Shown: piece by piece, positions 40,209 through 52,484 of the stretch | How the letters are laid out: each line of letters opens with the position of its first letter | Numbering within the stretch: the first letter of the stretch is position 1 | Origin: Octopus vulgaris | Taxonomy: Eukaryota | Assembly: GCA_951406725.2 (NCBI GenBank) | Contig: OX597820.1 | Coordinates: forward strand, 85,374,001-85,438,000 | Direction: 5' to 3' | DNA: 64,000 nucleotides | Program-made: the position numbers and the translations under genes | The notes under the pieces: generated by a model | What the model was told of the DNA's origin: nothing | The model's input: the letters and a program-made list of their open reading frames with translations, nothing else | Database searches by the model: none

Positions 40209-42599
40209 TATTTCTTCACAACAACTAACAACGAGCAGCAGAGAAATCACATTATGACAGATTAACCATATTAAACATACAGGCGAGTCCAATACTACAA
40301 TGCAGAAAACAGAATCAGAGAAAATGTAGCAACAAAGTTTAGACCAATTATGTATGTAAGCATCTATCCAGCAAGAAATGTTCATGCTGTTCTGCGACGT
40401 AGTAACTATGACATGGCTTTGTAAGGAATTCTGTCCAGAGTAAATTGAATCATGTTATCTATTCATTATAAGCTGCAGCCTTGAAGACAACGAACTTGAT
40501 ACTCTAAGTGTCAGACATTCAGCCAAATCAAAACCAAAATTATGGAAAGAAAATATACTACAGAAAAATGAAAACAAAAACGGCTATCATTATTTATGGA
40601 AATGAAAAAGAAAAGGAAAAATCTGAAATGAAAACTGTAAATGATATCTACAACTATGAAAACAGTAAAAGAGCAAATAGAAAGAATAAACAAATGCTAT
40701 GAGCAAAATCGTGGAGAACGATAATGTATATCAAGGAAATACCTAAAGATTCAGTAGAGATAATAACTAAAGACAATATAACACTTAAGGACACACCAAC
40801 ATAACGGAAACTCATTCTAGAAGACTGTATAGGAGCATATGCAATACTATGAAAATGCATCATTTATAAGAAAGGAAAAGAGGAGAATGTATATAATAAG
40901 ATTGGATGTGTTGTCAATATAGATGGCAAGGTACTCAGGAAGACATTAAGAACTGCAAGCAAATGGAAATGTGCTGACAACATTCAATGAATTCATAAGC
41001 AGATAAGAATCAATACCGGTATGGATGCTTGAGAGGAAATATTATTTACTCCCCGAAATATTTATTCATATGCTCTGAAACAACAGGACTCTCGATAAGT
41101 ATCCACGAAAGCCTTACATCAAGTGTCTACACTAAACAAGCTGAATCCACAGCTGGACAGCTGTAACACATTCAGAGAGGAGCAAGAAAGACACCAGAAA
41201 GGGTTACATGACTATAAAATGCAGTTACTTGAAAAGTGCTTGACAGTGTAACACATTCTTGGAATTAGGAAATATTCTACATACATAAACTTGACCCGAT
41301 ACGAAACACATGCAATAAACAGGCCACACCAAATGGAACCCATCAATACTATAGCCAGAAAAAAAAGACAATTAAAACCAACCTGATACACAGACGCAAA
41401 ATTTTTCGAACAGAATATTTATCCCATATATTCTTTTGTCTAGACACGACGACATTAATAAATGTCTTCAACAGACAATGTGTACATACTGCAAGTAGAC
41501 AATAAACAATCGCCATTATACGGAGACCTGAAGTTATTTATGAGACAAAATAACCCCTGTTGGAATATGTGTGAACAAATTTCTCAAAATGCATCCGAAG
41601 CCAAAACTTGTTATGCAATTAGACAAATAATCTGCCGTTTTCTACATATATAACACAAAGGATATGTGTGTATGTGAGTGTGTCGTACATGTGCATTTCT
41701 ACAGTTTTCATGCGATTTTCACCAAACTTTACATACACATTACTAATGTGCCAAGGATGGTCATGCACTATAACATTTTGCCCAGAACACCCACGTAAAG
41801 CGGGAAACCGGGGAAAATGGTGTTTTACACGGGATTATTCTCTGAAAGACATCTGTAGTTTTCAACCGATTCTCTCCCTTTTCTCTCTGTTTATTTCTCT
41901 CTTCTCTCTCCTTTCTTCTTTCTCTATTTCTCTTGCTTATACATATTCACTCTCATCCTCCACAATAGTTCATCTCTTTTAGTCTATGTCTGTTTCTTTC
42001 TCACACACTCTCTCTCTCCCTCAATGTCTCTTTCTCTCTCCCTCCCTTTAACTTAATGTCACGCACACTAACTTCTGTCTGCACATTGCGTTCCATGTAT
42101 ATCAATTAGTCGTGCGTAAAAATCTATGTTGTTACGGTTTTAAATGTTCTCCCTGAAACATAATTTTGCTATTTTTCCCTTTTGTTCAGCGAGTGTGTTT
42201 AAATTCAGTTTTGTCATATATACCTAAAAATTGACTTCACTGTATTTCAATATTGTCGTGTGTAAATATCGTTCTCTTTACAGTATTTGTACGTTCTCCG
42301 TAGAACATTACTTAGTTAATTTTTTTTGCACACCGTCTATTTAAATACACAATTTACATGTATCCTTCTATCGAAAAACGCTGTGCGTCCGGTCGTGCAT
42401 TCGTACGTATGACGGTTAAGGGCCAAATACAGCCGATAAGCCTTTATTACTAACCAATGAGATTTCAACAACGTCACTGAGCGGTTATGCGTTAGAAAAA
42501 GCTACTCTAAAGCAGCACAAGTTTTTTTCTCACGATCTCTTCTAGAGTTTTACACGCTCAAACGTGGTTCGTAAGCTATCTACAAATTGACTTCATTGC

Positions 42600-43915
42600 C
42601 AATTTAAAGTCCGTTATCGCAACTACATCTCGCCACTTCGTGAAATAAACGGACGACACGCAACTTCACTGGCTGACCTCATATGGGGACTGAAAGAATC
42701 AAACATTAAATACGAAATGAAATGGTCAATTATAAAAAATGCAGATCTATGTAATTCACTACCCGACAGATGTGACTTTTGCCTTGAGGAATCATTGAGT
42801 ATACTGCTGAGGAATAAGAGCCTGGTAAAGAAGAATGATGAGAAAATTTCAAGGTGTAACCATCTCACCAAATATGCATTTTTAGGTTGCAAGAATGTAT
42901 CAAAATTATAATAGTTCTTTCTATTATATTTCACTTCACCTATCCTATCGCCTCACATCTATATATATGATGGAGTGAGTGTATATATATGATGGAGTGC
43001 CCAACAATATATTATGTGCATGAATATGGGTAGATAAATGTATGTGAGTCTATTTATATATACAAGAATAGATATGAATGAGTGTGTATATTTGCGGGAA
43101 TGCGTGTGAACATGCAAAAGTCTGTATGCGCATATATGTGTTGATGTATGTATATGTCTATATACTTTTATGGATACGTAAGGCTGTATACATTTTCACA
43201 GATACAAATTCTTTATTTCGTTTTCTACTCACCACTAACCTGTCTATTCTAGCAACTTGATTATATTCTTCATTCTTCATTCCACCATAGTTTTATTATT
43301 ACTAAAACTAATTTCCACTTACACATCTCCTTACCCTTCCTTTCTCTCTATACTTTCTATACCCATCCCTTAATGCAAATCTGTCACAACACCCCTGCTA
43401 ACATACCTTACACTCTTTCACTCTTTACCCTCTCATCCCTTCCTTTCTCTCCCCCACACATATCTCTCCCTTCTATCATTTTACCCTGACCACTAGCTAA
43501 AACTCCTCTTCCTCCAGTTGGTTATCATCTCCCTCCCCCCTTTTTTATCTCTTCTTGTTTTTGATTTGACCTTACAAACACATTCTCAATTTTTAAGTCA
43601 TTCAAAAAAATCTTCGATCAAATGACACCGATTGCAAGACACTATGCTTGGTATGATCAAATATAAACATCATTGAAACTCACACACAAAGTACAGGAAA
43701 CTTATATATATACCATTCTGCTTAAATAATTGAACAGCAAATACAACGTCGTTACGTATCTCAATTCTATTTTCATTCATTCACTTCCCTCTGTATTTCA
43801 CCGTCCCTGATGAAGGGATATATAAAATATCCCGGAAACAGTTGTAAGACCTTTTTATAATTATTCTGAAAACTATTCACAGCCTTGGATTTTTTAACTC
43901 ATTGTGTTAATTATT
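42600..43915 (+). mobile_element. 5'-truncated Penelope-like element: GIY-YIG C-terminus, long 3' region, terminal hammerhead
   Basis: FKVRYRNYISPLRE...ATSLADLIWGLKESNIKYEMKWSIIKNA....DRCDFCLEESLSIL...EKISRCNHLTKY* ending at 42911; hammerhead at 43803-43850. Confidence 0.75.
43803..43850 (+). ncRNA. Minimal type-I hammerhead ribozyme motif
   Basis: gtcc-CTGATGA-a-gggatat-ataaa-atatccc-g-GAAA-cagttg-TA-agac. 7-bp stem II and near-palindromic stem III; stem I has 3 pairs with a core-adjacent mismatch. Confidence 0.75.
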
Positions 43916-43917
43916 AT

Positions 43918-43986
<69 letters not shown>

Positions 43987-44002
43987 GTATATGCGTGTAT
44001 AC

Positions 44003-44350
44003 TCTTTACTCTCTTTTACTGTTTTAATTGTTTCAGTCATTTTGACTGCGGCCATGCTGGAGCACCGCCTTTAATCGAGCAACTCGAACCCGGGACTTAT
44101 TCTTTTGTAAGCCCAGTACTTATTCTAGCGGTTTCTTTTGCCGAACCGCTAAGTGACGGGGACATAAACACACCAGCATCGGCTGTCAAGCAATGCTAGG
44201 GGGACAAACACAAACATACACGCACGCACACATATATATATACATATATACGACGGGCTTCTTTCAGTTTCCATCTACCAAATCCACTCACAAGGCTTTG
44301 GTCGGCCCGAGGCAGTAGAAGACACTTGCCCAAGATGCCACGCAGTGGGA

Positions 44351-44353
<3 letters not shown>
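44003..44353 (-). mobile_element. CORE-type SINE, well preserved, 5'-truncated
   Basis: Minus strand cagtcccactgcgtggcatcttgggcaagtgtcttctact (CORE-like) through ...gctccagcatggccgcagtcaaaatgactgaaac and a gtaaaagag tail. Confidence 0.85.
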
Positions 44354-44399
<46 letters not shown>

Positions 44400-44434
44400 T
44401 ATATAAATATGTATATATATATGTATGTATATGT

Positions 44435-44482
<48 letters not shown>

Positions 44483-44507
44483 GTGTCTCTCTCTCTATAT
44501 ATATATA

Positions 44508-44785
44508 TAGTATAGCTTCAGGCTGACCAAAACTTGTGTGTAGATGGAAACTGACAGACGCCCGTCGTATATATGTGTATATTTGTCTGTCTGTCTATTT
44601 CAGTTTGCACCCCCAGCATCACTTGATAGCTGATGTCTGTGTTTTGACGTACTCGTAACTTAGTGATTCAGCAAAAGAGACTGATACAATAAGTACTAGG
44701 CTGACAAAGAATATGTCCTGGGTTCGATTTTTTCGGATATTGGTCATCCTATAATATGACTGAGACAGGCAAAACAAGTAAAAGA
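44508..44785 (+). mobile_element. Older copy of the same SINE in opposite orientation
   Basis: gtagatggaaactgacagacgcccgtcgtatat...ataagtactaggctgacaaagaata...atgactga...aagtaaaaga. Confidence 0.75.
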
Positions 44786-45124
44786 AATTTTAAAAAAAAT
44801 TATGCCATTTTAATCCGAGCAACGCCGGGTGTCTCTGCTAGTTTAAAATAAAGGTTCAGTAACTTAAAATCACATACCTAGATTCACCAGCAGCTCGGAT
44901 TAGAACCATGTATACGCACGCACACACATACACGCACACACACACACACACACACATGTATATAGGAGAAATATAAATGGAGCAAAAATACTGGAGAATC
45001 AGTATGCATATTTTAAACCTATATATATATGCACGGACTTTTCTCAGAGAACAGGTCGCGGTCTCAAAGCGACGAAATATTTTGGCAAATCAAATTTAAA
45101 TGTTGAAGTGAATCTAACGCTGCA

Positions 45125-45175
<51 letters not shown>

Positions 45176-45219
45176 GGCGCGCGCGTGTGTGCGTGTGCGT
45201 GTGTATGTATGTATGTATA

Positions 45220-45312
<93 letters not shown>

Positions 45313-45414
45313 CTAATGGAATACAAGACAGAAACTGAAAATGCAGATTTTGATTGTTATTAATTTCTGAACAACATATATATGCACACCCCACCCCCGC
45401 ACACAAACTCTCTC

Positions 45415-45446
<32 letters not shown>

Positions 45447-46324
45447 GCACACGCACTCACACTCTTACACAAGCACATAAACACACGCATATATAAGTGT
45501 CATTGATAGTGATCGGTACAAGGAATATGATAGTAGTAATAACGAAGCTAGCATTCTCAGTCATATACAATACCTTCAGCGTTATAAACGGGAAATTAAG
45601 TGAACTGATGTGTTTTGACAGAAGAACGAAATAAGCCTTGGCCTGAAGCAAACATCGGAATTTTCCTGCAGCTTAAATATTCCTAACCTGCAAACATACA
45701 AGGTGGATTCATAAGCAGATAGAATTCTACAACAAAATACCAGAGTCGTAAAATTATTTGAAACAATGTATGTGAAACAAATGAATGTAAAAGTAAATAC
45801 ATAAAGGAATTTTTTTCTTTCCACCTTATGGAGAAACGATAAAGTATAGACTGAAAACTGACTAAAAGAAAAAAAACCCAAATCGAATTGTAACATTGAC
45901 AAAATATGAAGAAGGAATCTACTTCACCGTCAATATACTGTATGATCGGGCAGGAAAGAAGTAAGCTAGTGTGAAAGCGAGCTATATAGATCAAGTATAT
46001 TGGGAAAAGACGTGAAATAAAAGTCTGGTTTAAGACGGTCAGTGTGAATGCCTAATGGCAAACAACTAGGAAAAGGAGATAAGGAAAGACGGTAGAGTGA
46101 ATTGCAAATTGTGTACCCAGTACAGTTAAACTGTTGACCGTAAGAACAACTGTTGCACAACAGTTTTAATTTTATTTTGCTTTTATAATAAGGATTGAAG
46201 TGACAGCTTGTCACTTTGCTTGTCAATATGTCGACATTTCTTAACGCTGTGAGTTCCCAGATTTCTATTGTCCTGTACCGTCCCCTATAATATATATGAA
46301 CCCTCAGTGGGTAAGAAAGAAAAG

Positions 46325-46325
<1 letters not shown>

Positions 46326-46407
<82 letters not shown>

Positions 46408-46460
46408 CATTATTATTATCATTATTATTATCATTATTGTTATTATTATCATTATTATTA

Positions 46461-46528
<68 letters not shown>
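46326..46528. repeat. (TTA)n microsatellite adjacent to an R4/Dong 3' end
   Basis: Direct reading, with a few TCA/TTG variants. Confidence 0.95.
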
Positions 46529-46530
<2 letters not shown>

Positions 46531-46534
46531 AGAT

Positions 46535-46920
46535 TCTCGGATAGTTCTTAATTACCGGTTATTCTTTACTTGAAAGCAGGCAACAACAAATTACCAAAGG
46601 TTTTATTTAGTGCCTTCTCCTGTGACTCAACGAGACAATACTCTTTAGAATTCGAGCTGCACCCAACAATGCTGTCTTCTGGATCACCTCGAGCCTGACA
46701 GCAGCTCCAATATTTTAAATTTGTTTTTCAAAGCCCTTGGAAACTGCTTCTAATGCTCCAATTACTACTGGTATCACAATCACTTTCCTCATGCCCCATA
46801 ACATTGCTATGTCGTCCCGCAATGGATCGTATTTCTCAATCTTTACTTCTTTTTCATCTTTATGGATGAATACAATGGCTTGTCGTCTCGCCTCTACAAC
46901 TTGGTCGCCCTCTATTAGAA
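46535..46920 (-). mobile_element. R4/Dong-clade (RLE) LINE 3' fragment
   Basis: Minus strand encodes DQVVEARRQAIVF..K/EKEVKIEKYDPLRDDIAMLWGMRKVIVIPVVIGALEAVSKGFE...IQKTALLGAARILK (RPD...KxxKY...VIPVVIGALG...QKTALLG motifs). Confidence 0.75.
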
Positions 46921-47225
46921 GTACTTTATTAATCCACCACTACCTACAATGCAACAGTGATAACCACACTGAGAAGACCAATACACACAAAGGCATGAAA
47001 AAGTTTAAAAAGTGGAAACCAGAACTGAAAGCAAACCATTCATCGCAAATCACTTATATATAGAGGAATTGCTCTACCAGCATGTGAAACAATCGTCATT
47101 TAATTTTCTAAAAAAAGTATCAGCACTTCTGTATTACATACGGGATAATGTCATATAATACACACATTGACATATACACACCTACGCATAAAAGATTATG
47201 CATTTATATACATAATGCATGTATG

Positions 47226-47282
<57 letters not shown>

Positions 47283-47782
47283 GTAAATATATGTATACAT
47301 TATACATGCATATATACATATATAAACGTGTTAATGTCTTTGTGCTTGTGCGTGTGTGCGCGCAGGCGTGTGTAAAAGTTTGAAAAGTTCCAATATTTTT
47401 ATGTTATTTCCTTTTCGAAGTCATTCTTAATTTTATTAATTTAAAATTCAATTGCTGTATTTGAATTTTCAGACTAATTGTGAAGCATTCATTGTTCGGC
47501 TTGTTTTATTATTTTTCCAATTCAGCATTTCTAAAGCAATGCTACAAATTTTACCCACTTTTAAACAAAAAGACTGAAGAATATTGTACTTATGCATAAT
47601 TATATTATTCAGTGTGGTTCGAACAAATTGCAGCAACTTAACTCATTATATGTTGACTACTCATGCTTTAAAATATCTGGAAACTACAGAAAATATTAAT
47701 ATTATTGTACATTTTCGTATTGACATAAGTACGTATGCATGTGTTTGTGTGGATGCAGTGTGCGCGTGTGTGTAGTACCTAC

Positions 47783-47832
<50 letters not shown>

Positions 47833-48924
47833 GTACATGGATGTATGTATGATAGGAGTTATGTACATAGATAGCTAAAACGCTATATGGATAGAAAAAA
47901 GTTGCTTTCAATCATTTATCTGCCCGTCAATGCATGCATGTTTTCTCTTCTCCATTAAAGATCTATACTCGTCCAATTTTAAAAAACATTTTAAGCCACC
48001 TTCTCGGTTACAAAGATTTTAAAGAAAACAAATTTCGTGAATGATTGTTTGTCCTCCTCTCCATGTTGTTTTTGTAATCATACGCCCTTATAATTTGTTG
48101 GCCTTGCAACATTTTAGTCGCTCCGATTGCGTTAGCAGTCAAGATTCTATCAATAATGGGGATCGGTTCTTTCTCCTCAAATTCTACTCCACACACGTTT
48201 CTACAAGGATATTCAACTCGTCAATGAGAGAAGGAAATTTTCTTTATTTTGGATATATTTTAACCCGTTGATGTCAAGTGAACAGCAATGTGTGAAAAGT
48301 AAGCAATTTATTTCTTTTCTGGGATACCTGACAACACTATTGTAGTTTAATGTCAAGATTTGTTCCATTTTAAAAGCAATTTTTTATAGCTTCACATCAA
48401 TCCACATGGATAAATAATCAGTAGAGATCATTGTTTCACAACGCTTACCAACAATGAGGATATCGTTTATAATTCTCTTTTTTTTTCAGTTTTCTTCTGC
48501 GTCTTCTGAGAAATCTTTTCAGAGCTATTTATTCCTGTTTTGCGTGAAATATTTTCCAATTTGGGATGTCGAACTTGACAGTATTCTATGGCTAGCTTTT
48601 ATGTAATTTAGTCCCATCGTGATCAGTACACTCGCATAACACTGTCAGCAAACCAATTTTTCTTTTCAATCTTTTGTTACATTTATTAAAAAACTTTCCC
48701 CAAAATCTGTTGTAAAATCTAATTCATCTTTACTTTCAGGCGTTTTTGATATTCCTTAGCTGCTCTAATGACACATGATTTTTGAACGATGGTTGCAGAG
48801 AATTTCTGGTCTGAAGATTTTTCTTCAGTGTTACGATTCTAATACAGATTTAAGGCTAGATATGTCGAAACTATTGTCGTAATTAATAAATATTCTCGTA
48901 TACTCCACCTTCCGTCTTTTATTT

Positions 48925-48933
48925 AACACACAT

Positions 48934-48965
<32 letters not shown>

Positions 48966-48980
48966 GTGTGTGTGTGTATA

Positions 48981-49077
<97 letters not shown>

Positions 49078-49082
49078 ATATG

Positions 49083-49153
<71 letters not shown>

Positions 49154-49156
49154 GTG

Positions 49157-49223
<67 letters not shown>

Positions 49224-49285
49224 GTATATATACATATATATACTTGTACGTAAGTATATATATATGTATGTATGTATATATGTAT
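48925..49285. repeat. Compound (CA)(TA)(TG) microsatellite
   Basis: Direct reading. Confidence 0.95.
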
Positions 49286-49299
49286 AAAAATTAGTGATA

Positions 49300-49972
49300 A
49301 ATAGGCAGATATACCGCAGAAAGAGGATTCAAGAACGCCAAACAACTCTTTTATGCTGAGTTAGCTAAAGGAGAACGACCCCACATAAACCAAAAAAGAG
49401 GTGTAAGGACTTGCTGAAAGCTTCCTTAAGAGATGCTTGCATCTCTCCTGACAGATGGGAAGGCATAGCTATTAATCGTAGCAAGTGGAGAAGGATTGTG
49501 CGCGAGGGGACTGCTACTTTTGAGAAATCTCGAGTTGCGCATGAGAAAGTAAGAAGGGATGTCAAGAAGGGCATCGCTGTTACACTTCCAGATAGGAAGT
49601 GTCTTCCTATGATGCTGACATGCATTGTCTGTGCAAAACCCTGCTTCAGTAAAGCTGGACTCAGTCATCTTCGTAGTCATAAAACGAGACAGATGAGTGA
49701 CAACCCTGGCTACTGGTAGTGGTGTTAAACACCATACTAATCATATCTGTCAGGCATGTGGAAGAAAGTGTAATTCGGCAGGAGGACTTAAACGACATGC
49801 AAAGGTTCAGTTTGCAACTACAGCCGGCTATTGCCGGTAAAGGTTTTAGCTGCCAATTCTGTATAAGACATTGTAGATCTTTAGCTGGGCTAAAAAGTCA
49901 CATTCGATCACAGCACCAATAATAGTTAAGGTTCGTACAATGGCCATACTCGATAACGAGGGGGCAGCGATA

Positions 49973-50035
<63 letters not shown>

Positions 50036-50042
50036 CATTATT
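49300..50042 (+). mobile_element. RTE/BovB-like LINE 3' end with C2H2 zinc fingers and (TTA)n tail
   Basis: [13 protein letters not shown]...PKKRCKDLLKASLRDACISPDRWEGIAINRSKWRRIVREG...FE, three CxxC...GL.xH motifs, a stop at ~49922, a short 3' UTR and (TTA)n at 49975-50042. Confidence 0.85.
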
Positions 50043-50929
50043 AGCGCTCACACACATATATAACATTTAAGTTGGAACTTAAGAACATTTGAAGGAAGAG
50101 GTGAAAATAAAGCATACATCTGATTGATAAATAGCTATACACATACTTCCCTTAGTACACAATCTGATCGATACATAACACACTTTGGCAACTCTAACTG
50201 TATATTCGTGATTTTATGGATTTGTGCTAGCATGTGTATATATGTATGTATGCGTAATTGTGTGTATAGTATCGATGATAAATCTCAACATATAATTCTT
50301 CTAGATTTAGCAAAATCAATTTTTCGTTTTTTTCTTAATCTTTTATTTGTTTTTATACGTTTATATTTACTCTTTTTGGCTTTTGTGTTTTCTTCTTTCT
50401 AAAAATCTATCACGAATCCATTTGTGTGTATGCTATTTCGATCCTCACTTCTTCTCCCTCACAAACACCACATTCCACCTGTTTTACTCCACCACTGCAA
50501 AATGCCGAATTGCTAAATAACAACTATGTAATCTCTCAGGGAATTCGCCGACTTTTGTTAGGAAATCGATACTTTCAAAGAAACACAAGTGAATAAATAG
50601 ATATATAAAATACAATTACAAAACACAAAAATATAAAAGAAAACTTAGAAAAGAAAGCAATAACCTTATGAACCAAACTAGTTTACAAACTTTGTATTCT
50701 AGTTTTATATTATTATATCCCAGAGGCCACAAAAGATTCATAGAACATTATTCTAGGGTCACTTTTGAAGCTATATTGATTCGTCAAAAATAAATTTAAT
50801 CCACCATTTGCGTTCTGCAAACCAGCATCATTTGCTACCCAACGGCTACTTTGTTCTGCCTTCCTTTATTCAATTGGTGCCATCTCTGCCGACCATACCA
50901 AGAAATACTGGCGCTGTTTGTATTAACAG

Positions 50930-50966
<37 letters not shown>
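50930..50966. repeat. (CAT)n microsatellite
   Basis: Direct reading. Confidence 0.9.
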
Positions 50967-50967
<1 letters not shown>

Positions 50968-51259
50968 TTCCATCATTAAAATCAATAGCAGCAGGAATGA
51001 TATAGTTGCGCATCTGCCTCAACACCGACAACCTCCCAACAACAATCACAGTTACACATAATAGTATCATGAATAAACACAATAGGAATGGTAACACCAG
51101 CAGCATTTCTCAACGCTACAGCAATACATCTGAAAACAGCAACAATAATAACACGGAAAATCGAGAGAAATATAAATAAAACAGATTACCTTGCTAGAAT
51201 TACTAACTCTGGAGTGCAAGGGTCAAATTTAAGGTAGATGAAGTGTCGACGTAATGTAT

Positions 51260-52430
51260 TGTGGTAGTTACTCCAGAAGAGGAAATAACTTGTTCTCTGT
51301 GCAATGCTAACATTTATAAATATAATAGCAGAATACCCGAACATATATTATATTTTATATCGAGCAAAAACGTACTTACAAAGAGGGTGAAGGTTTTTAG
51401 CAGTTCACAATTCCCTTTGTATTACACTCTGAACAAAACGAATTTGTCAAGAAGGTAAAAGACGTTCTTTGTATTAGCAGTAGACATTAAATGTGATTAC
51501 ATTTTGAGAAACTTCCATACTATTCATCCCAGTCAGCTGCAATATTTCTGATTAACGATGCTATTACATGAAGTTGGAGAAACAAAATCTTCTCACCGGC
51601 TTCGAACAGAGAACGGTCACGTTTTGCGCATCACAAAGGAGCATATTTCATGCTAATCCTGTTACTAAATGATGTTGAGTGGAATGAACAGTCACAATAG
51701 TAAGCATTTGTTTCATACTCAAAACATGTAGACGATTATCTCCGAATATTTGTTGCCTATCAGCAGAGTGTGAGGATCAAATGTAGCTACATAATTCTTT
51801 GATTAACATTTATTTCAGCGATACCGTCTTTAACTTGACAGTCTTTATAGGGGAGAAAGTTTGGAAATTGATAGAGGGAAATAGTATAAATAAATAAAGT
51901 TTATCATTTACCTAATGGAAAACCAAAATCTTAGCTCATGTTAGAAATAATAGGAATTTACAGTGGCAGTTACATCTTCAATTATTGCTGCAAGGCTTCT
52001 TCTGTGGCAAAACAGCTCACAGTACTTTGAAATTGAATCTTACCATTAAGGATATAACTATTTGTAACATTAGCAAAGGAGCATGAGCAGCAGAGGCACT
52101 AAAGTAATTTTTGATATAATCAAGAATTATTGCCATTTGTCGCATAAAGTTGTTTTCACGAGGTTTCAATTGAAACATTATAGATATCAAGATTGCAAAT
52201 TATTTTCTCGATAGAAAATGTACACTTTGCTGGTGACTTTTGCATGTTTATGGCAATCATTCTAAAAGCAAAAACAGAACTGATGAAATTAAAACGTGTT
52301 TAAAATACTTACATTCGAGGAAGAATGTTTAGAAACGCAAAATCCCTCTTAGCAAAGATCAAAACTTCTTTTCTTCTAAACGCATTCGCTCGCTACAAAG
52401 TACTTACGCCACTGAAAACGTATGAGCTAC
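51260..52430 (+). mobile_element. Possible very old hAT transposase remnant
   Basis: EITCSLCNANIYKYNS...H resembles a BED finger. There are weak WN and LATKYL echoes of hAT motifs downstream; heavily decayed. Confidence 0.3.
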
Positions 52431-52484
52431 TAGAATCAAATAGACGTTAGGCAGAAGCCAATAGGTGACAATGGTCATTAGACT

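Larger units (their letters stand above)
41641..44841 (+). mobile_element. Probable non-autonomous Helitron with nested PLE and SINE insertions
   Basis: 5' TCTACATATATAAC at 41641 followed by cagttttcatgcgattttcaccaaactt. 3' hairpin tccgagcaacgccggg and terminal CTAG|T at 44838-44842. Joining the two ends into one element is inference. Confidence 0.55.

Noticed and set aside
40300-41640. A-rich segment as a LINE endonuclease remnant
   Set aside because: Only faint motif echoes (ANGNVLTTF); cannot be supported without a profile search.
47990-48860. Higher-complexity segment with short ORFs
   Set aside because: No recognisable domain and frequent stops; probably an old unclassified transposon remnant.
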